From Phoronis australis (taxonomy: Eukaryota > Animalia > Phoronida), in assembly GCA_002633005.1 (NCBI GenBank), contig NMRA01000579.1:147658-211657 (forward strand): a DNA stretch of 64,000 nt. Direction: 5' to 3'. Shown here one piece after another: positions 51,901 to 64,000 of this stretch. The translations under genes were made by a program, and so were the position numbers. The notes beneath the pieces are model-generated. The model was not told the origin of the DNA. It searched no databases and worked only from the letters and a program-made list of their open reading frames with translations. Positions within the stretch are counted from its first letter, which is position 1. Each line of letters starts with the position of its first letter.

Positions 51901-54855
51901 TGACAAAAAATAACAGTCACTAAAATTAGTAAAAACATAAGTTGAAATTTTGGGAGCTTTTGAAGAGACGAGATGTTGTGGATTTACAAATTTTGAAAGC
52001 CATAACTATTCAACAGTGAAAATGGTATCAACAGACAATGACATGCTGCTATAGCCATCTTCAGAATACAGTAGTTAGTGTGGTTTTGTAGCACTTATCT
52101 CTTGTGAAAACCCAGCAGCAGACCAGTTGAAAAACAACTCTTAATCATTTAAAAGTTATCTTAGAACACAACTGTACAACATTCAATATAACACACCATG
52201 ATTATCTTGATTCGCTGCGTAACAGGGTTAGGTTTTTTCTCTTGTTCTTCCTGCAGCACTTTCTTTATCTGCTGAAGTTGCCAGATGGGGGTGCCATCTG
52301 GTTGATCTTGGGATAACTAAAACAACAAAGGAACAGCGCATGTCACATGAAGATGCCATCTAGAGAATGTTGGAAGAACTGCAATGCAACTATGAAAGGT
52401 AACGTGCAACAAGGAGATAAGTCAAACAATCTGACAGGTTGCAGTGCAACAAAGTACACGTCAGGTGACAGTGCCATCTAGTGAGCACTGAGATAACAGT
52501 TTCCCTGGCAACAAAAAGCCCGGTATGCTACATCCACATAACACTAACAGCTCTAAAAAACCCCGACTCACCTCGAGGACGAGTGCAAGGCATGCTGGGT
52601 AGAAGGTCATGAAGGCGAGGTAATTGGCAACGACGGAGAGACAGCCAAAGCAGCACATGGTCTCCAGTTGACGAACACCTGCAAGTCAGTTCAATTCTAG
52701 TAAACTACAAATGTAACACTGAAGTGTATAAACAAATTGTATCAGATAAAAATTGTAAAATGCCTGTTTTTGAAAACGTACGACATCCAGCATCAACAAA
52801 TGTCATTTCCTGTAAATATTCTAATCTTAGTTCACAATCAGTTGAAAATTGACTAATCGTAAAGCAGATGTATTGTTTTCCATGACGTATATTTTTTCTT
52901 TTATTTTAAATCAAAGGCAAAATTGTTTTGACGAGTTTGACAATCTTTTGACACAGACAAGAAATGTTGTAATATTTTCTTGCCTTTCACTGTATTAACG
53001 TTTCTCCAATTAGGGTTCGAACAACAAACAGCAAACATACATTCACAGACAGAATAGTAGTAAAAAAAACATACAACGGGCAATCGAGTATCTGAAAGTC
53101 ATCTCAATGGGTGTGCTCAAGTTGCATTCTTCAACCGCTCATAATCAAAGTTGGCATTCCAGTCCTAGAGTTCTAAACTGAAATGAGCCATAGATTGCCA
53201 GACCCTGACAAACGCTCCCTGTGACCTCACTACTATCTTTCATCCGCAGCTTCCTGTTTTGAAGTTGAACTGAACTGAAAATGGCTGCAAACCCAGCTTC
53301 CTACCTGAGAGAGTACCGACACCAATGACAAGCGTCTCTACTAAAGCGTCCAAGGTCATGGTTGGTCCGAGGAGAGCCATGCCGTGCCCAATATTGTCTG
53401 TGACCTCGGCGTTTGACCGTGAACTCAGGGCGAACCGGGCAAGAGCGATGGCCTTGGAGAGGTCAACCAGCAACAGGAAGAAGGGCAGGGCTTCACTGAA
53501 ATATGATGTTACCATGGTGACATTAGCTATCCAACCACCTTTCAAGTGACTGGTTTCGTAGCAAACNCGAAATGCACTGCTGGGGTTGTACCACACTTAA
53601 ATTCTCTAATTTGGAACACCGAAATTCCAAGCTGAGATTGCATTTTCTTGATTCTGATGATTGGGACATGAGCAGTTTTGGCATTCATCACAATACCCAA
53701 CACTGCATTATCTATCAAAAGTCTGAAAAACTCTTAGCAGTTCATAAAATCTTCACCAATAGCCAACGAAACGAAAGGTCAGATCAGAAAAAACAGTGCA
53801 GCAGGAACTCACTTCAAACCAGTCAGGTCGTTGCCGAGGAGATTTATGACCGCGCTGCTGAACACAAAGCTGGAGAAGATGGTGAAGACTCCAGAGATGC
53901 CCAACAGGTACTTGGAACCCAGCGTGCGCAGCTTACGGAACTGCAGGTAGAAGTAGGCTACAGCCAGGCAGCGGGTGATGGCCAGTATGAGAACATCGGA
54001 ACTCTTCACGTCCTGAAAACAAGAAAAGATGAGGAGGATGAGCACTACGCACGTACAAACACGCGAGGCCAACACGCTTTAGGGGGGGATGTGGATACGC
54101 TCGAGGGATGTGCATGGTTTTTCAGGTTAGAGTTACGTTTGACATATAAACATGATAAAATGAGAGTTACGTTTGACATATAAATATGATGTCACAATCT
54201 GGACAATGGTTAAAATTTCAGGGCCCACCACTGACCTGTCAGAGGAGAAATGAGGATATTTTCAGGATAGTGCAATATCCTGGTTGCCCTGAAGTGCACC
54301 CCCTTTGTATTTTCTCAAGTTGCCAAATCAAATGTTTAGTACGTATTAAAAAGCATCGCATTACACGCTGCTTAGGGCAGACCACTAGTCAGACTGTGTG
54401 TTTTTTCTTGGAATTGGACTAGCACAACTGGCAGAGGTATCAGGGTATCGGACTCCCACGAATGACTTTCCATTCTCCATATCAGTTTGCAAATACGAAA
54501 TAAAAATTTCTGTTTAGTTCAAGCTCTGCCTCACAAAAATATACCAACTCTGTAACAGCTATTTCTGAAATATGTAGAGTCATACCAGAGGCCCTATACT
54601 GTGAATTCCCATTGTAAAAATACCATTCTCACTGCAAATCAAAATGCCATTTTCGCTGAAAAGTGGAATTTCTAAAGCACAAAAGCTCCTTACCTCATCT
54701 TGTGCGCAGACATAGTTCCATCCGCAGACCTTGTCACTGACAGTGTAGATAGACATGGACATCAGGCAAACGGTGAGTGTGATGGTTCCTACGATCACCT
54801 CCCAGGGGTGCGAGGCACAGAACCGTCCATGGGTGCGGAAAATACCCGACAGCAT
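42924..54855 (-). CDS. HMGCR: 3-hydroxy-3-methylglutaryl-CoA reductase (class I; sterol-sensing membrane domain + linker + catalytic domain), 890 aa, 17 coding exons
   Basis: Exons (-): 54855-54694, 54012-53813, 53495-53305, 52678-52572, 52316-52197, 51043-50898, 50334-50153, 49558-49338, 48890-48696, 48063-47905, 47541-47384, 46764-46659, 46134-46028 (or its copy 45750-45644), 44996-44792, 44433-44275, 43978-43824, 43023-42924; 2673 nt, phase-consistent. Motifs: [102 protein letters not shown] (AMPK-site Ser). An acceptor at 54880 implies a non-coding first exon further right. Confidence 0.97.
45590..46356. repeat. 383-bp tandem duplication (45590-45972 and 45974-46356) containing HMGCR exon 13, joined by a single N
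   Basis: Offset 384 bp; I count 5 substitutions, all in the first ~120 bp; N at 45973 exactly at the junction. Confidence 0.9.
47163..47360. repeat. 26-bp minisatellite (~8 units) in the HMGCR intron after coding exon 11; each unit carries CCAAT
   Basis: aaccaatcacacRgacactctggtgc; CCAAT at 47165, 47191, 47217, 47243, 47269, 47295, 47321, 47348. Confidence 0.9.
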
Positions 54856-57399
54856 TTTGATAAAATTTTGGCGAATTAACTGCAAAAAGAAATCAACAAA
54901 AACGACTCAAGTTTGGATACGTGATAACCAGCTAGTAAGGTCGGGGATGAATTACACGTGTTTATAAAGCAATTTTGAATACTGTTACAATTTTGGTGAA
55001 AATGCATAATGATTACAGCTAAAATTTTTTTGACTGAGTAGTAGATACGGTAAGGTAAAACTTCGGAGGGGTGCCTTGTTTAGTTCATTGAAGCGTGTCA
55101 GTAGTGCATCATATTCAACTAAGTGTGACTGAGTGGGACTGACTTATACAGAACACAATGAAAGTATATAAAGACAACAAGATTACTTTTTGCTTAAAAC
55201 CAAAGGGTATTTAGGCAGTTCTACGAACAGGGAGTACAACTATAAGAAACTGAAGTAAACAACATCAGATACACAGTTGAAGTCCCATTCAACCCTCCGT
55301 ACATCACAGGAACCATAGTTGGATTTGTATCACCATTACGAAATTGGACAAAAATTGTTCCTTTGTTAGACAAAAGATGATTTCTTTGTTTTGGAAGAGC
55401 TGACTGTTCGTCATTGTTCGAGATTGGCCTTTGAAGATGTATTTGCATGCTCCTAACTATGCTAATGTATAAGCACAAACTAAACGACAATAGCGTTTGA
55501 ACATCATCTACATGCTAAACTAAGTGCAGCTGTATTGATTGACAACTTGTAAATATGAAAACAAAAAATTCTGCAAACAGGTGACCTTTGCCCTAATGAC
55601 ATACCTTGGGGGCTCAAATAACCCGCATCATGCATTGTTATTCCCCAACACCAAGTCACCATACTTACTGGACACGGTTGAGTGATTTACGGCGGATCAT
55701 TTTGGACACAAAATTCATTCTTAAAAATATTTGGTAACTTTCAACCTACTTCATATTCCCATCGTCACTACGTAAAGTTATAATTTGACCGTGTAATCAC
55801 AGAGATATGAAATTAGTGTGCAAGTTCCGCTCTAACAAGTTGGCTTGCTGCGGCACGTCATTTTATGCGCCGAGCTAGGTCTCAAGGCATACCGAACTTT
55901 CAGTTTTTTGCAATGCCATACATCACTTCCCGTTAGAGTATGAAGCAAATTGAGACCGATTTCACAGCAGTCAGAGCCTAAATAAAAATTTTGTTTCTTA
56001 AACGTAACACAGGTTCATACTCTTTATGTGACTAATATAGATCTACAGCTAATCCATTTGTAAATAGTCTAACGCATCCTGTAACATTCCTTTGTTAGAT
56101 GTTTTCCCAATGAAAACACACAATTAGACACCACTAATTATTATATCTTAACAACTAACTATTCTATCTGGTTTCAAAATTACAAATGCGGCATGAGGTG
56201 TTTAAAAGGAAACAGTTCATGCTTGAAAGTACAAAATTAATAAAATTCCCCATTTAGAAATTACGATTTCCAAGCAAATTTTGGAATGATGCAAAAATAC
56301 ATAACATAAGTTATCACGCTATGTACTTTAAATTATCTCATTATGCAACACTGGTGATTGCACACTGCAGGCCTATTCAATTCATCATGGCTGACACGAA
56401 CAATGAAAGACATTATCCAATGTCAGAACAACACCCGCAAAAACGCAAAACCAAAATGAAATGCACGGAAAACACAGGATAAGCACTTAGCAAAAATGAT
56501 CAAATTTGCAACATTGCATTACATGATCAAGTTTGCAACATTGCATTAAATGCTCAGGAGCTCTAGTCCCGCCCTTTTCTCATTCGTTTCCAACTGATAC
56601 ATAGGGAGTGTCCTGGTAAGCCACACCCAAAGTAAAAATACAACTGACAGTTTTCACCTCATGTCCTTTCTAATGCTTATAACACAGAAGAAAATAAAAT
56701 ATGGAAGAAATTGTCATTCAAACAAGATATTGTTGGAGAATTAGTGAAAATATAAAAATGTGAAATATATTAAAATTAAAAGCATTTAATTTATTCATGG
56801 TTGAAACCAAATGTGACAGGTTTCCTTTAGGACAAATCCAAACTTAACCTGGTAATTATAAATCAATTTACAGCGAATAATCTCCGAGATCAACAATTAA
56901 CCACGCAAAACGTTTTTATACTGAAAGCAGCCACCAAAAAAATTTTGGCATCTCTTAACCTTGAAAAATGGAACAAAAATCTGAAAGGCATATCTACTAT
57001 GCAAAATAATGCAAAAATATGAAATGCAAAACAATGAAAACCAAAATCAGTTAAAACTCAAAATAGTAATAAATACCTTTGTACTGAGTAGCAAGCGGGT
57101 AGAAATAGATGAAACAGAGGATATGACCATTCTATGGAATATATAAATATTATCCAAAGGTGCTAAAAATAGAACTACCCTCTGTCAAAATGATTCACTC
57201 AGTCCAAGTCCATCTTTCATACTGCCTTGATAAGCACAGACTAAATGTGAACTGGAGTTTACCTTTTGTTTTGACCTAGATGAACCTTTGGATTCCAAAA
57301 TTCATTATCTCCAGTTATGGAATGACATATGAGAAGCCGGCTGAGGATATTTGCATGGAAGTCCTTTTACATTACAAAAGATCGTACGATTCAAATCAG

Positions 57400-58140
57400 C
57401 TGAGTGGAATCAGACCATCCACTGTTCAAGCATAATTGTCACGTGACTTAACAGCCCGGGACTGAACCATTATTTACAGGAGGGTGACAGGCCAAATAAA
57501 AAACCCAAAATATAAATGAAGAAGAATCCAGAGGATCAAAACGATTCAATACAAGCACATAAATACTTCACAAAAATTAGTACTTCGTGACAAGAATGAT
57601 GAAATAGAAAAACCGATTTCGTCATTGGACCATTACCCTGTCCTCCTTTCAAATGATACAGGATAACTGTGTCACGAACACTCCGCATGTTCAGTGAAAT
57701 CGGCTCATACTGCCCTTGGTAACTAGTTATCCCTGGGAATTAAGCGCTAAATCACACGACCGGGAGACACACACCAGTCATTTAATAACAACCAGTTAAC
57801 AGGAATGTCATCAGAGCAATAAAGTTGTCGATGAAATACAAAATAGTTTGAAGATTTCGTCAGAAAACCCTTCTGAAAACAGGACAGGGAGGAAGTCCGA
57901 AAGACACCGTTTTTTACCAAAACAACAGCAAAGAAAGCAAAACCAAGATCAGTCTAAAACATTTTGAACAGGCGACACTTCAAACATACCACGGGCGATA
58001 CCCAATCTTCACTCCATGACAGATCAAACGAGTAAAACGGTATTATAATACGGTGCGTAAACCCTCACGAATCGATGGTAAGTACATTATGGCGTTGATT
58101 GATTACGTCACTGAAGAGCGACATCTATTGGATACTTCTG
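57400..58140 (-). promoter_or_regulatory. Candidate HMGCR promoter / non-coding first exon region
   Basis: Possible donor (-) at 57636 (g|gtaatg); palindromic E-box GTCACGTGAC 57438-57447; CRE-like TTACGTCA 58103-58110; CCAAT (-) ~58127. TSS not demonstrable. Confidence 0.3.
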
Positions 58141-58744
58141 AAAATACTGTGCTTGAAATGCCACCTTTTCAGTTTTCCGGAGAACGTCTTAGATACCACA
58201 CTGGGCACTGATCAGACAAAATTTGAGCGTGTTGAAAACAACGTAACGCTGTCATTCGTAATGTTCAGCAAAGTTCCGAAAGGGGGGGGGGCAACATGTA
58301 CTGTTTTGTTTCTTATTTTTGTGCGTGATACTAATTAGGCGAATGTGGCCACTGCTCCGTCTGCAGTGAAATTGCGGACATTTTTTCCATGAAACCGCTG
58401 AAGAGCATTGTAGTCAGACAGTTTGTAAAAATGAACATGAAGACTCAACACATAAGCGTGGAGCCCCCAAAATTTGAGCGTGGTACATACCACGCTCCGA
58501 AAGCCTCATGAAAACACTACATGGCGGCGCAGCACGGAAAAAAAGTGGGAGTTGAGCCCTCGATCCAGCCCCCTTGTGGTGCACCGCCCATACAACATGG
58601 GCTGCACAGCACTGAAATAAGTGGGGGGGGGGGCTATAGCCTCCGTCCCCCAGCCCTCTATGGTGCGTCACCCATGTAATATACGCCAGGCACGGTATCA
58701 GCACCGACGGCTAGCCCAGTACTACCGACCGTCCAGGAAGACAT

Positions 58745-59830
58745 ATATTCAATAGTGGACTACTGTTGGTAGTGGACAAGTCGATTGAAGGCATTCATAC
58801 TCAGTGTACAGTTGAAACGCAAGGTGTCAGATTACACAATTATTACTTTTGTTTGTTACTTGCCATCTAGTGAAGGGTCATCCCGCGGACAAAATAGCAG
58901 CCTATATTTTTCTCATCTGTTGACGCAACAATATAACTCGGCAGAGGCTGTCGTAGTATAGTTATCTGCGGCGATTTTAATGCAAGAGTGAACTCACTCG
59001 GTGACGTAATTGAGGAATTGGTAATATTCCTAAACGGAATGTAATTGATGATGCTCCCGTTAATTCACATGGTACATCTCTAATTGATTTCCTTTTAGAC
59101 TCGAAAATGCATATTGTAAATGGGAGGGTCAACTCTGAAAGTGGTGAAGTCCAAGTTTTCTTCCACTGGTACGGCAGTTGTTGATTATTTTATTACCCCA
59201 ACGATTGTTTTGGCGAGTGTGAGCTTCCAAATTCAGAACACAAAAAAGCTTATTGATATGCTAAGCATCTCGCATCTAGTGAACGAAAGATGCAAAGCTC
59301 CTGATCATTCATTGTTGACCTTTGAACTCAGGGTTCATCAGTGCGTCCAGCTTGATAACGCGCTTGGTGAGGAGAACATGACAAATGAGACTCATGGTCG
59401 TTATCACACGAGTGTTCCTTTACCGGACAACTTTATTACTTCACCTGAATATGCGTCATCTATTAGCGAAACAATTGCAAAAATTGAAAATCAGGAAACT
59501 GTAAACATAGCTCATGATTGTTTTTGCCACAATAACTTGTTTTCACAAATGGACACACGTCTTCCATATAAGGATGTTGGTAAACATTCACGCAAAAATT
59601 CAAGTACCACAAGCCATATACTGGAATGCACAATTCTCTGCATCATGGACATTAATGTGCCAGAAAGAAAGAGAATTTTTGAAATGTAAAGGGAATACTG
59701 CACTAAGGAAGGTACTTAGAAAAGTATTTAAAACTGCCCAAAACAATTTTGGCAAACTTTTGAGACAAACTGAGAGCTTATAACAAAAGTTATGGAAAAG
59801 ATGGAAAATCTCAATACCGAAAATCCGCAG
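58745..59830 (+). mobile_element. Degenerate non-LTR retrotransposon (LINE; CR1/L2/RTE-like) ORF2 apurinic-like endonuclease fragment
   Basis: Frame-disrupted motifs VCYLP..EGSSRG, IVICGDFNARV, VNSHG.SLIDFL.DS.MHIVNGR, GTAVVDYFI, PDHSLL; no RT domain seen; includes track ORFs 59120-59689 and 59514-59783. Confidence 0.8.
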
Positions 59831-60644
59831 GTATTCTAGATGGAAGTGTTGTCCAAGTTCTCCTCACGTCTTTGATGTGATGAAGTTTCACGTATAAAAT
59901 AATGTAAGATGACGATATAGTACAAGAACTGGAGTCTTTTCGTGAAAGAAGGAAGTCCGAGTTTTGTGCAAGTCTTGCCGGCAGGCCGTAAACTGTGATT
60001 CTACTGAATGGCAAACTCCTTGAAAGTTATGCGTGTTATCTGAGGCCGTACGAGTGTTCCTACGCTACGACCACGTTATCCTACATTTAGACTTGCAGTT
60101 CCTTAATATCCTGATAACGACGGCAACGCAGTGTGTATACGTTCTACTGCAGGATTTGCGTTTTTAGCAGTTTTCTTTTCAGCTTTAATTTAGCGATCAC
60201 CTGTGTAACTGCTAAGAGACCATAGATAAAACGTGTCGTTACAGTGCTAAGCTACTCGCTAGTCTGTTTTATATCCATAAAGTTGTTTATCACATCGGTT
60301 CGTTTGGTATATCGTCGTCATTTCTTTCAAATTAATTTTTGTGCATGAATAGGTATCCTAACAAAAATCTAAATGCCACATTTTGTGTACTTAATGACCC
60401 CTAATTTCGCCGCTGGAACATTAGATAGCAATTGGTTATATTAGCCGTCTCCAAAATTGCATGTTTTCAGCAACGAAAATAAACCTACAAAACGAATTGA
60501 ATGTTGTGCTTTAGTGGCTGGAATAAGCAATATACACTATGCATAATTATTTGGCATTTATTCAAATTTGACAGCTTTGTGCTAGGCAGGGAAGATAATC
60601 CACAGACCACTTTTCCTATCTAATTTTAGTGGCTGTTTTTGATA

Positions 60645-60745
60645 TGGATTTGATTGGACGGATGAAATGATGGATTTGATATCCGACAGATGTAAGGATA
60701 GATCTGATCGGACGGATAAGGATGCATTTGATCGGACGGATTTGT
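60645..60745. repeat. Degenerate gatttgatcggacggat tandem repeat
   Basis: Four related units: gatttgattggacggat, gatttgatatccgacagat, gatctgatcggacggat, catttgatcggacggat. Confidence 0.65.
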
Positions 60746-60752
60746 CCAAATG

Positions 60753-61365
60753 TTTTTTATGCACCACATATTTACATGTGGGCGCATTATGGCGTCATTT
60801 TCTTCCGTCCGTCCGGCGTCCGCTGTTTTATTTCCAAAATCCTCTGACGTGCGCCTATATTCGTGAAATTTTCAACACGTGTTCCCTTCACCTAGTAGCC
60901 ATTTTTGCTGTTTCGAGTCTTTTTTTGCGTCTATCACCCAAACCATTCTAGGATGATTATGACGTGACATTTGGCATGAGTTCTTAGTGTGAAGAGGACG
61001 GTTGACGATGACGATTTCAACTACTGTGGCGCTTCCTTGTGGCAATTTTGCGTCATATAGCTCTAACTCCTAAACCTACTGCAGGATCCTTATTAAATTT
61101 CATTCATATGAAGTTGACAACGGCAGAACGAAGACTTTCACACGGATCCGACGTATGCTAGCTGTGTCCCTAGTCGTAATTTGATTTTTTCCGTTTTTCT
61201 CTGTTTCTCTGAAGTTCCTTTAAAGATTTTTATGAAATTTAATAAAAAGCTTTCTATTAAAAACCGATGACATTTTCCCGTTTTCGGATGGATTCGATAC
61301 TCCTAAAAGCAAACCGTTTATGATGCATTCGTGGGCGAATTTCAACGCTCCGCGTTGCTCTTGTT
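60753..61365 (+). mobile_element. Non-autonomous Helentron-associated element (HINE / Pearl / DINE-1-like)
   Basis: T-run start, 5' stem-loop atgcaccacat..atgtgggcgcat, (CGTC)n microsatellite, 3' copy gtgggcgaat, terminal hairpin caacgc-tcc-gcgttg, then ctcttgtt. Confidence 0.6.
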
Positions 61366-61556
61366 CTTTAGTGGCGCCCGGGATCTAGGATATCATAAGA
61401 AGGGCAGAAAGCACGATTACGCGGGCGCACCCAGTCTAAAATATAGGGGGGACTCGAATTTCTGAGGATGTTCACGACTAAAAAAACGGGTAACCGGTTG
61501 CCGCTTGCAATCTGGACTGAGCCCACACACGCACACACAAACTGAAACTACACACC

Positions 61557-61641
61557 TGTCACTGTCTCTGTCCCTCTCCCTCTCCCTCTCCCTCTTCCTC
61601 TCCCTCTCCCTCTCCCTCTCCCTCTCCCTCACTCTCTGTCT
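61557..61641. repeat. (TCCCTC)n hexanucleotide microsatellite
   Basis: tccctctccctctccctc... about 10 units. Confidence 0.9.
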
Positions 61642-63234
61642 CATTATTGCCCGGCACGTGCAATATATACACGACACGAGACTGTACTTCTAGTACTTTT
61701 CGGTCATATTCAAAAGTTTGACTAAAGCTGGGCACAAAATTGTGGTAGATGTTTTGTCTGGCTATCACGAAATCCAAAATTCAATTAATTTTTTATGAAA
61801 TTATTTTCCTTAAAAATAATGTCGGATTGTAAGAATATTTAAAAAATCTTGTGATTGGATTTGTTTTACTATTTATGTCACGAGACCAACAGGGACATCG
61901 AATCAGAATCACTTTCCTGTCACGAATCACTTTCCCGTGGTACATCACAGCCCAGTTCAAAGTGTCTAATCTCATTTGATTCGAGTTATTAGTAAAATTG
62001 TCTGTCATGAATTGTTTTCTGACCGGGGTGAGGGTTGCAAACGCGAAATTTCCGGCGACTGGTGGAGACTAAAATTCCTAGCAACCTGCGGGGACATCAC
62101 AATATAAACGTAAAATTGTTGACCGAGCTGACGATTTTTTGCACTGAACAGAGGGCCATAGCCCCCTTGGGTGCCCCAGCTCCTATGCCAGTGGCTCTCG
62201 CAATGACGAAGATAAAAACGAGAGTAAGGCAGATTCGGCTTCTAAACGCGTCCACAGTCTCCATGTAAATAAACAGCGACGCCATTTATCATATAAACAA
62301 AGAACGTATGCTAGTCATACTTCATATACATAATTTTTTGTAATAAGCAATAATCGTCATTATGGTTTTCAGAGAATGGTAATTAGTAATGCTGGCTACA
62401 AGCTTTTTACGTCGTGTTTCTGCAAGCTAATTACATGTTCCAAGAGCTCCCAATTGATGGTTGCGGCAGCTAAGAAGAGGTAAACGAGACCAAGTGCGGT
62501 TCGTGTAATGCTTCGTAAGCAAAAACTACAGAAGAGGCAAGATTTTTTTATTTTAGATTACGAACAGGTTATGGATGACGAAAAAAAATTTTTTGAGGTC
62601 AGTCATAAAAATACCCCAATTTTCAAAAACACTACAGAACCAATCACGCCATTTCCTTTGGCTTCTTTTTTGTGAGTTATGCCATTCGTTCTTTTCGGAG
62701 AATCGATAGTGCGTTACAATTGACTGTCAATTCCAATTTTGAATATCACATATGCAGTTAAATCTCAAGCTTTGTGATAGCTCGAACGTGACTGTCGCTT
62801 GGACCGATTTGAAATGCTTACAGAAGTAACAAACAGAACTCATTCGTTCCCTCACAGGAATTTGAAGATGATGGAATTTTTCTGCCTCGCAACAGGGTAT
62901 TTTGTTGGCATGACCGCCGTCCGCCAACTGCTCAATCCCATCTGGCAACCAGTCGTATTCCATTATGTCCCCGCTATATTGGGAAATGGGGCTATTGTAG
63001 CGTTAAGCCAGCGTGAGGCAGGTTGAAAAAAACATCTAGGTCAAAACAAAAAATATTTATTATATATTATCTCGTAAACAAAAGTCATACATTACACGAA
63101 AACTACAAAATGGGACAAATATCATGCTATGCAATAACATATTACTATATAGTTTGCAATGAGAATTTTTTCGGTCGCAATAATTGTTATGTTTGGCATT
63201 CAAGGACAGGATCTTAGAGTATTTGTGCAGAAAC

Positions 63235-64000
63235 TTAAATCAGAGTGAAGATCATGGTGTAAGCAAAACAAAACAAAATAAAACAAAACAAAACAAAACA
63301 AAACAAAAAATTGTTGTTAGAAGAAACAACATCGTGATCTCGACTGCTCCTCTGAATATTCACAAAACTAATCGTTCTTAGTCTGATACTCGAACTGTCC
63401 TCTGGCCACTTTCTCTTTCCAGCAGATAGTTGTGGATGTTCTCCTACCTCTGTTGGGTTCACACCAGACGCTGAAAGTTGTCTGGTATTTGGATTGCTGT
63501 TCTGGATCTTCACCGAAGGAATCATTCTCGAGTCCAGCACTCCTCCAGTCAGGTTACTCGACGACTGAAACACTGGAACTTTGTGCTTGATTTTGAGAGG
63601 CACCGCCACTTGTTGTGAGATCTGTAATTTGTTTCCATGGCCACGGGCAGATTTGGCTGTGGAGACATCAAGCTGTAGCTTGGTTATGACGTCATCAGCG
63701 GACTGTGGACGTGTATGTACAGTTGTGGTGGTCCTGTTCAGCGCAGTGTGTCTGTTCACGAGCTGCTCCAGGGAAGGCATAACAATCACAGACTTGTGCA
63801 GATGTCTCTTAATGACTGCCCTCTGTTGCTCCGTGAAGGAACTAGACATAGCTAACTTCTCCAGTGTCTTCTTGGGCAGTTGGAAGATGTTGGATTTGGC
63901 CGACAGTCCCAGGCTGTTTTTTTCCGCCACTGTAAATAACGGCACCGTTTTAGCGAAATTCCAGGTCTTTAATTTCCCTTTCATTTGTTGACGTCCTCTT
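63235..64000 (-). CDS. Putative coding exon (probably terminal) of an unidentified gene continuing beyond the right edge
   Basis: Frame open for >250 codons up to the window edge (RGRQQMKGKLK...), with higher GC than the flanks and a basic GKRKW NLS-like motif; no family recognised; the last ~25 codons run through a microsatellite, so the 3' boundary is uncertain. Confidence 0.55.
   Translation of the reverse strand, partial: RGRQQMKGKLKTWNFAKTVPLFTVAEKNSLGLSAKSNIFQLPKKTLEKLAMSSSFTEQQRAVIKRHLHKSVIVMPSLEQLVNRHTALNRTTTTVHTRPQSADDVITKLQLDVSTAKSARGHGNKLQISQQVAVPLKIKHKVPVFQSSSNLTGGVLDSRMIPSVKIQNSNPNTRQLSASGVNPTEVGEHPQLSAGKRKWPEDSSSIRLRTISFVNIQRSSRDHDVVSSNNNFLFCFVLFCFILFCFAYTMIFTLI
63263..63309. 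repeat. (AAAAC)n microsatellite
   Basis: caaaacaaaacaaaataaaacaaaacaaaacaaaacaaaacaaaa. Confidence 0.9.

Noticed and set aside
53567-53567. Second single N as a marker of another duplication
   Set aside because: Flanks show no repeated sequence; an ordinary intronic assembly join.
53572-54183. 203-aa + strand ORF
   Set aside because: Antisense shadow of HMGCR exon 54012-53813; no recognisable motifs.
59120-59689. 189-aa ORF as a host gene
   Set aside because: It is a frame-broken piece of the LINE endonuclease region.
61417-61777. ORFs with RERERE/EGEGEG/LSLSLS runs
   Set aside because: Translations of the (TCCCTC)n microsatellite.
63581-63991. 136-aa + strand ORF
   Set aside because: Antisense to the longer - strand open frame.

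Overview
AT-rich, intron-rich animal genomic DNA, most likely a marine invertebrate/lophotrochozoan (inferred; species not identifiable). I rebuilt gene models by hand from GT-AG junctions with consistent codon phase. (1) The 3' three exons of a + strand gene (216-2582) encode a JmjC/cupin-8 C-terminus, an EF-hand and a terminal KDEL. (2) A complete 13-exon FRMD3/FRMD5-type FERM gene with a C-terminal membrane anchor lies on the - strand (38763-8524, 577 aa). (3) A complete 17-coding-exon class I HMG-CoA reductase lies on the - strand (54855-42924, 890 aa), with exon 13 present twice around a single N. (4) A degenerate LINE endonuclease fragment, a Helentron-associated (HINE/Pearl-like) element, several MITEs, hairpins and mini/microsatellites are present. 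(5) An unidentified - strand coding exon runs off the right edge. No prokaryotic systems, CRISPR arrays, rRNA or intact tRNA were found. The most notable signals are the putative ER-lumenal Ca2+-binding JmjC oxygenase, a minisatellite made by amplifying an exon/5' splice-site junction, the duplicated HMGCR catalytic exon (probably an assembly artefact), a 400-nt foldback in the inferred FERM 3'UTR, a CCAAT-box array in an HMGCR intron and an LC8-type KETQTD motif in the HMGCR linker.
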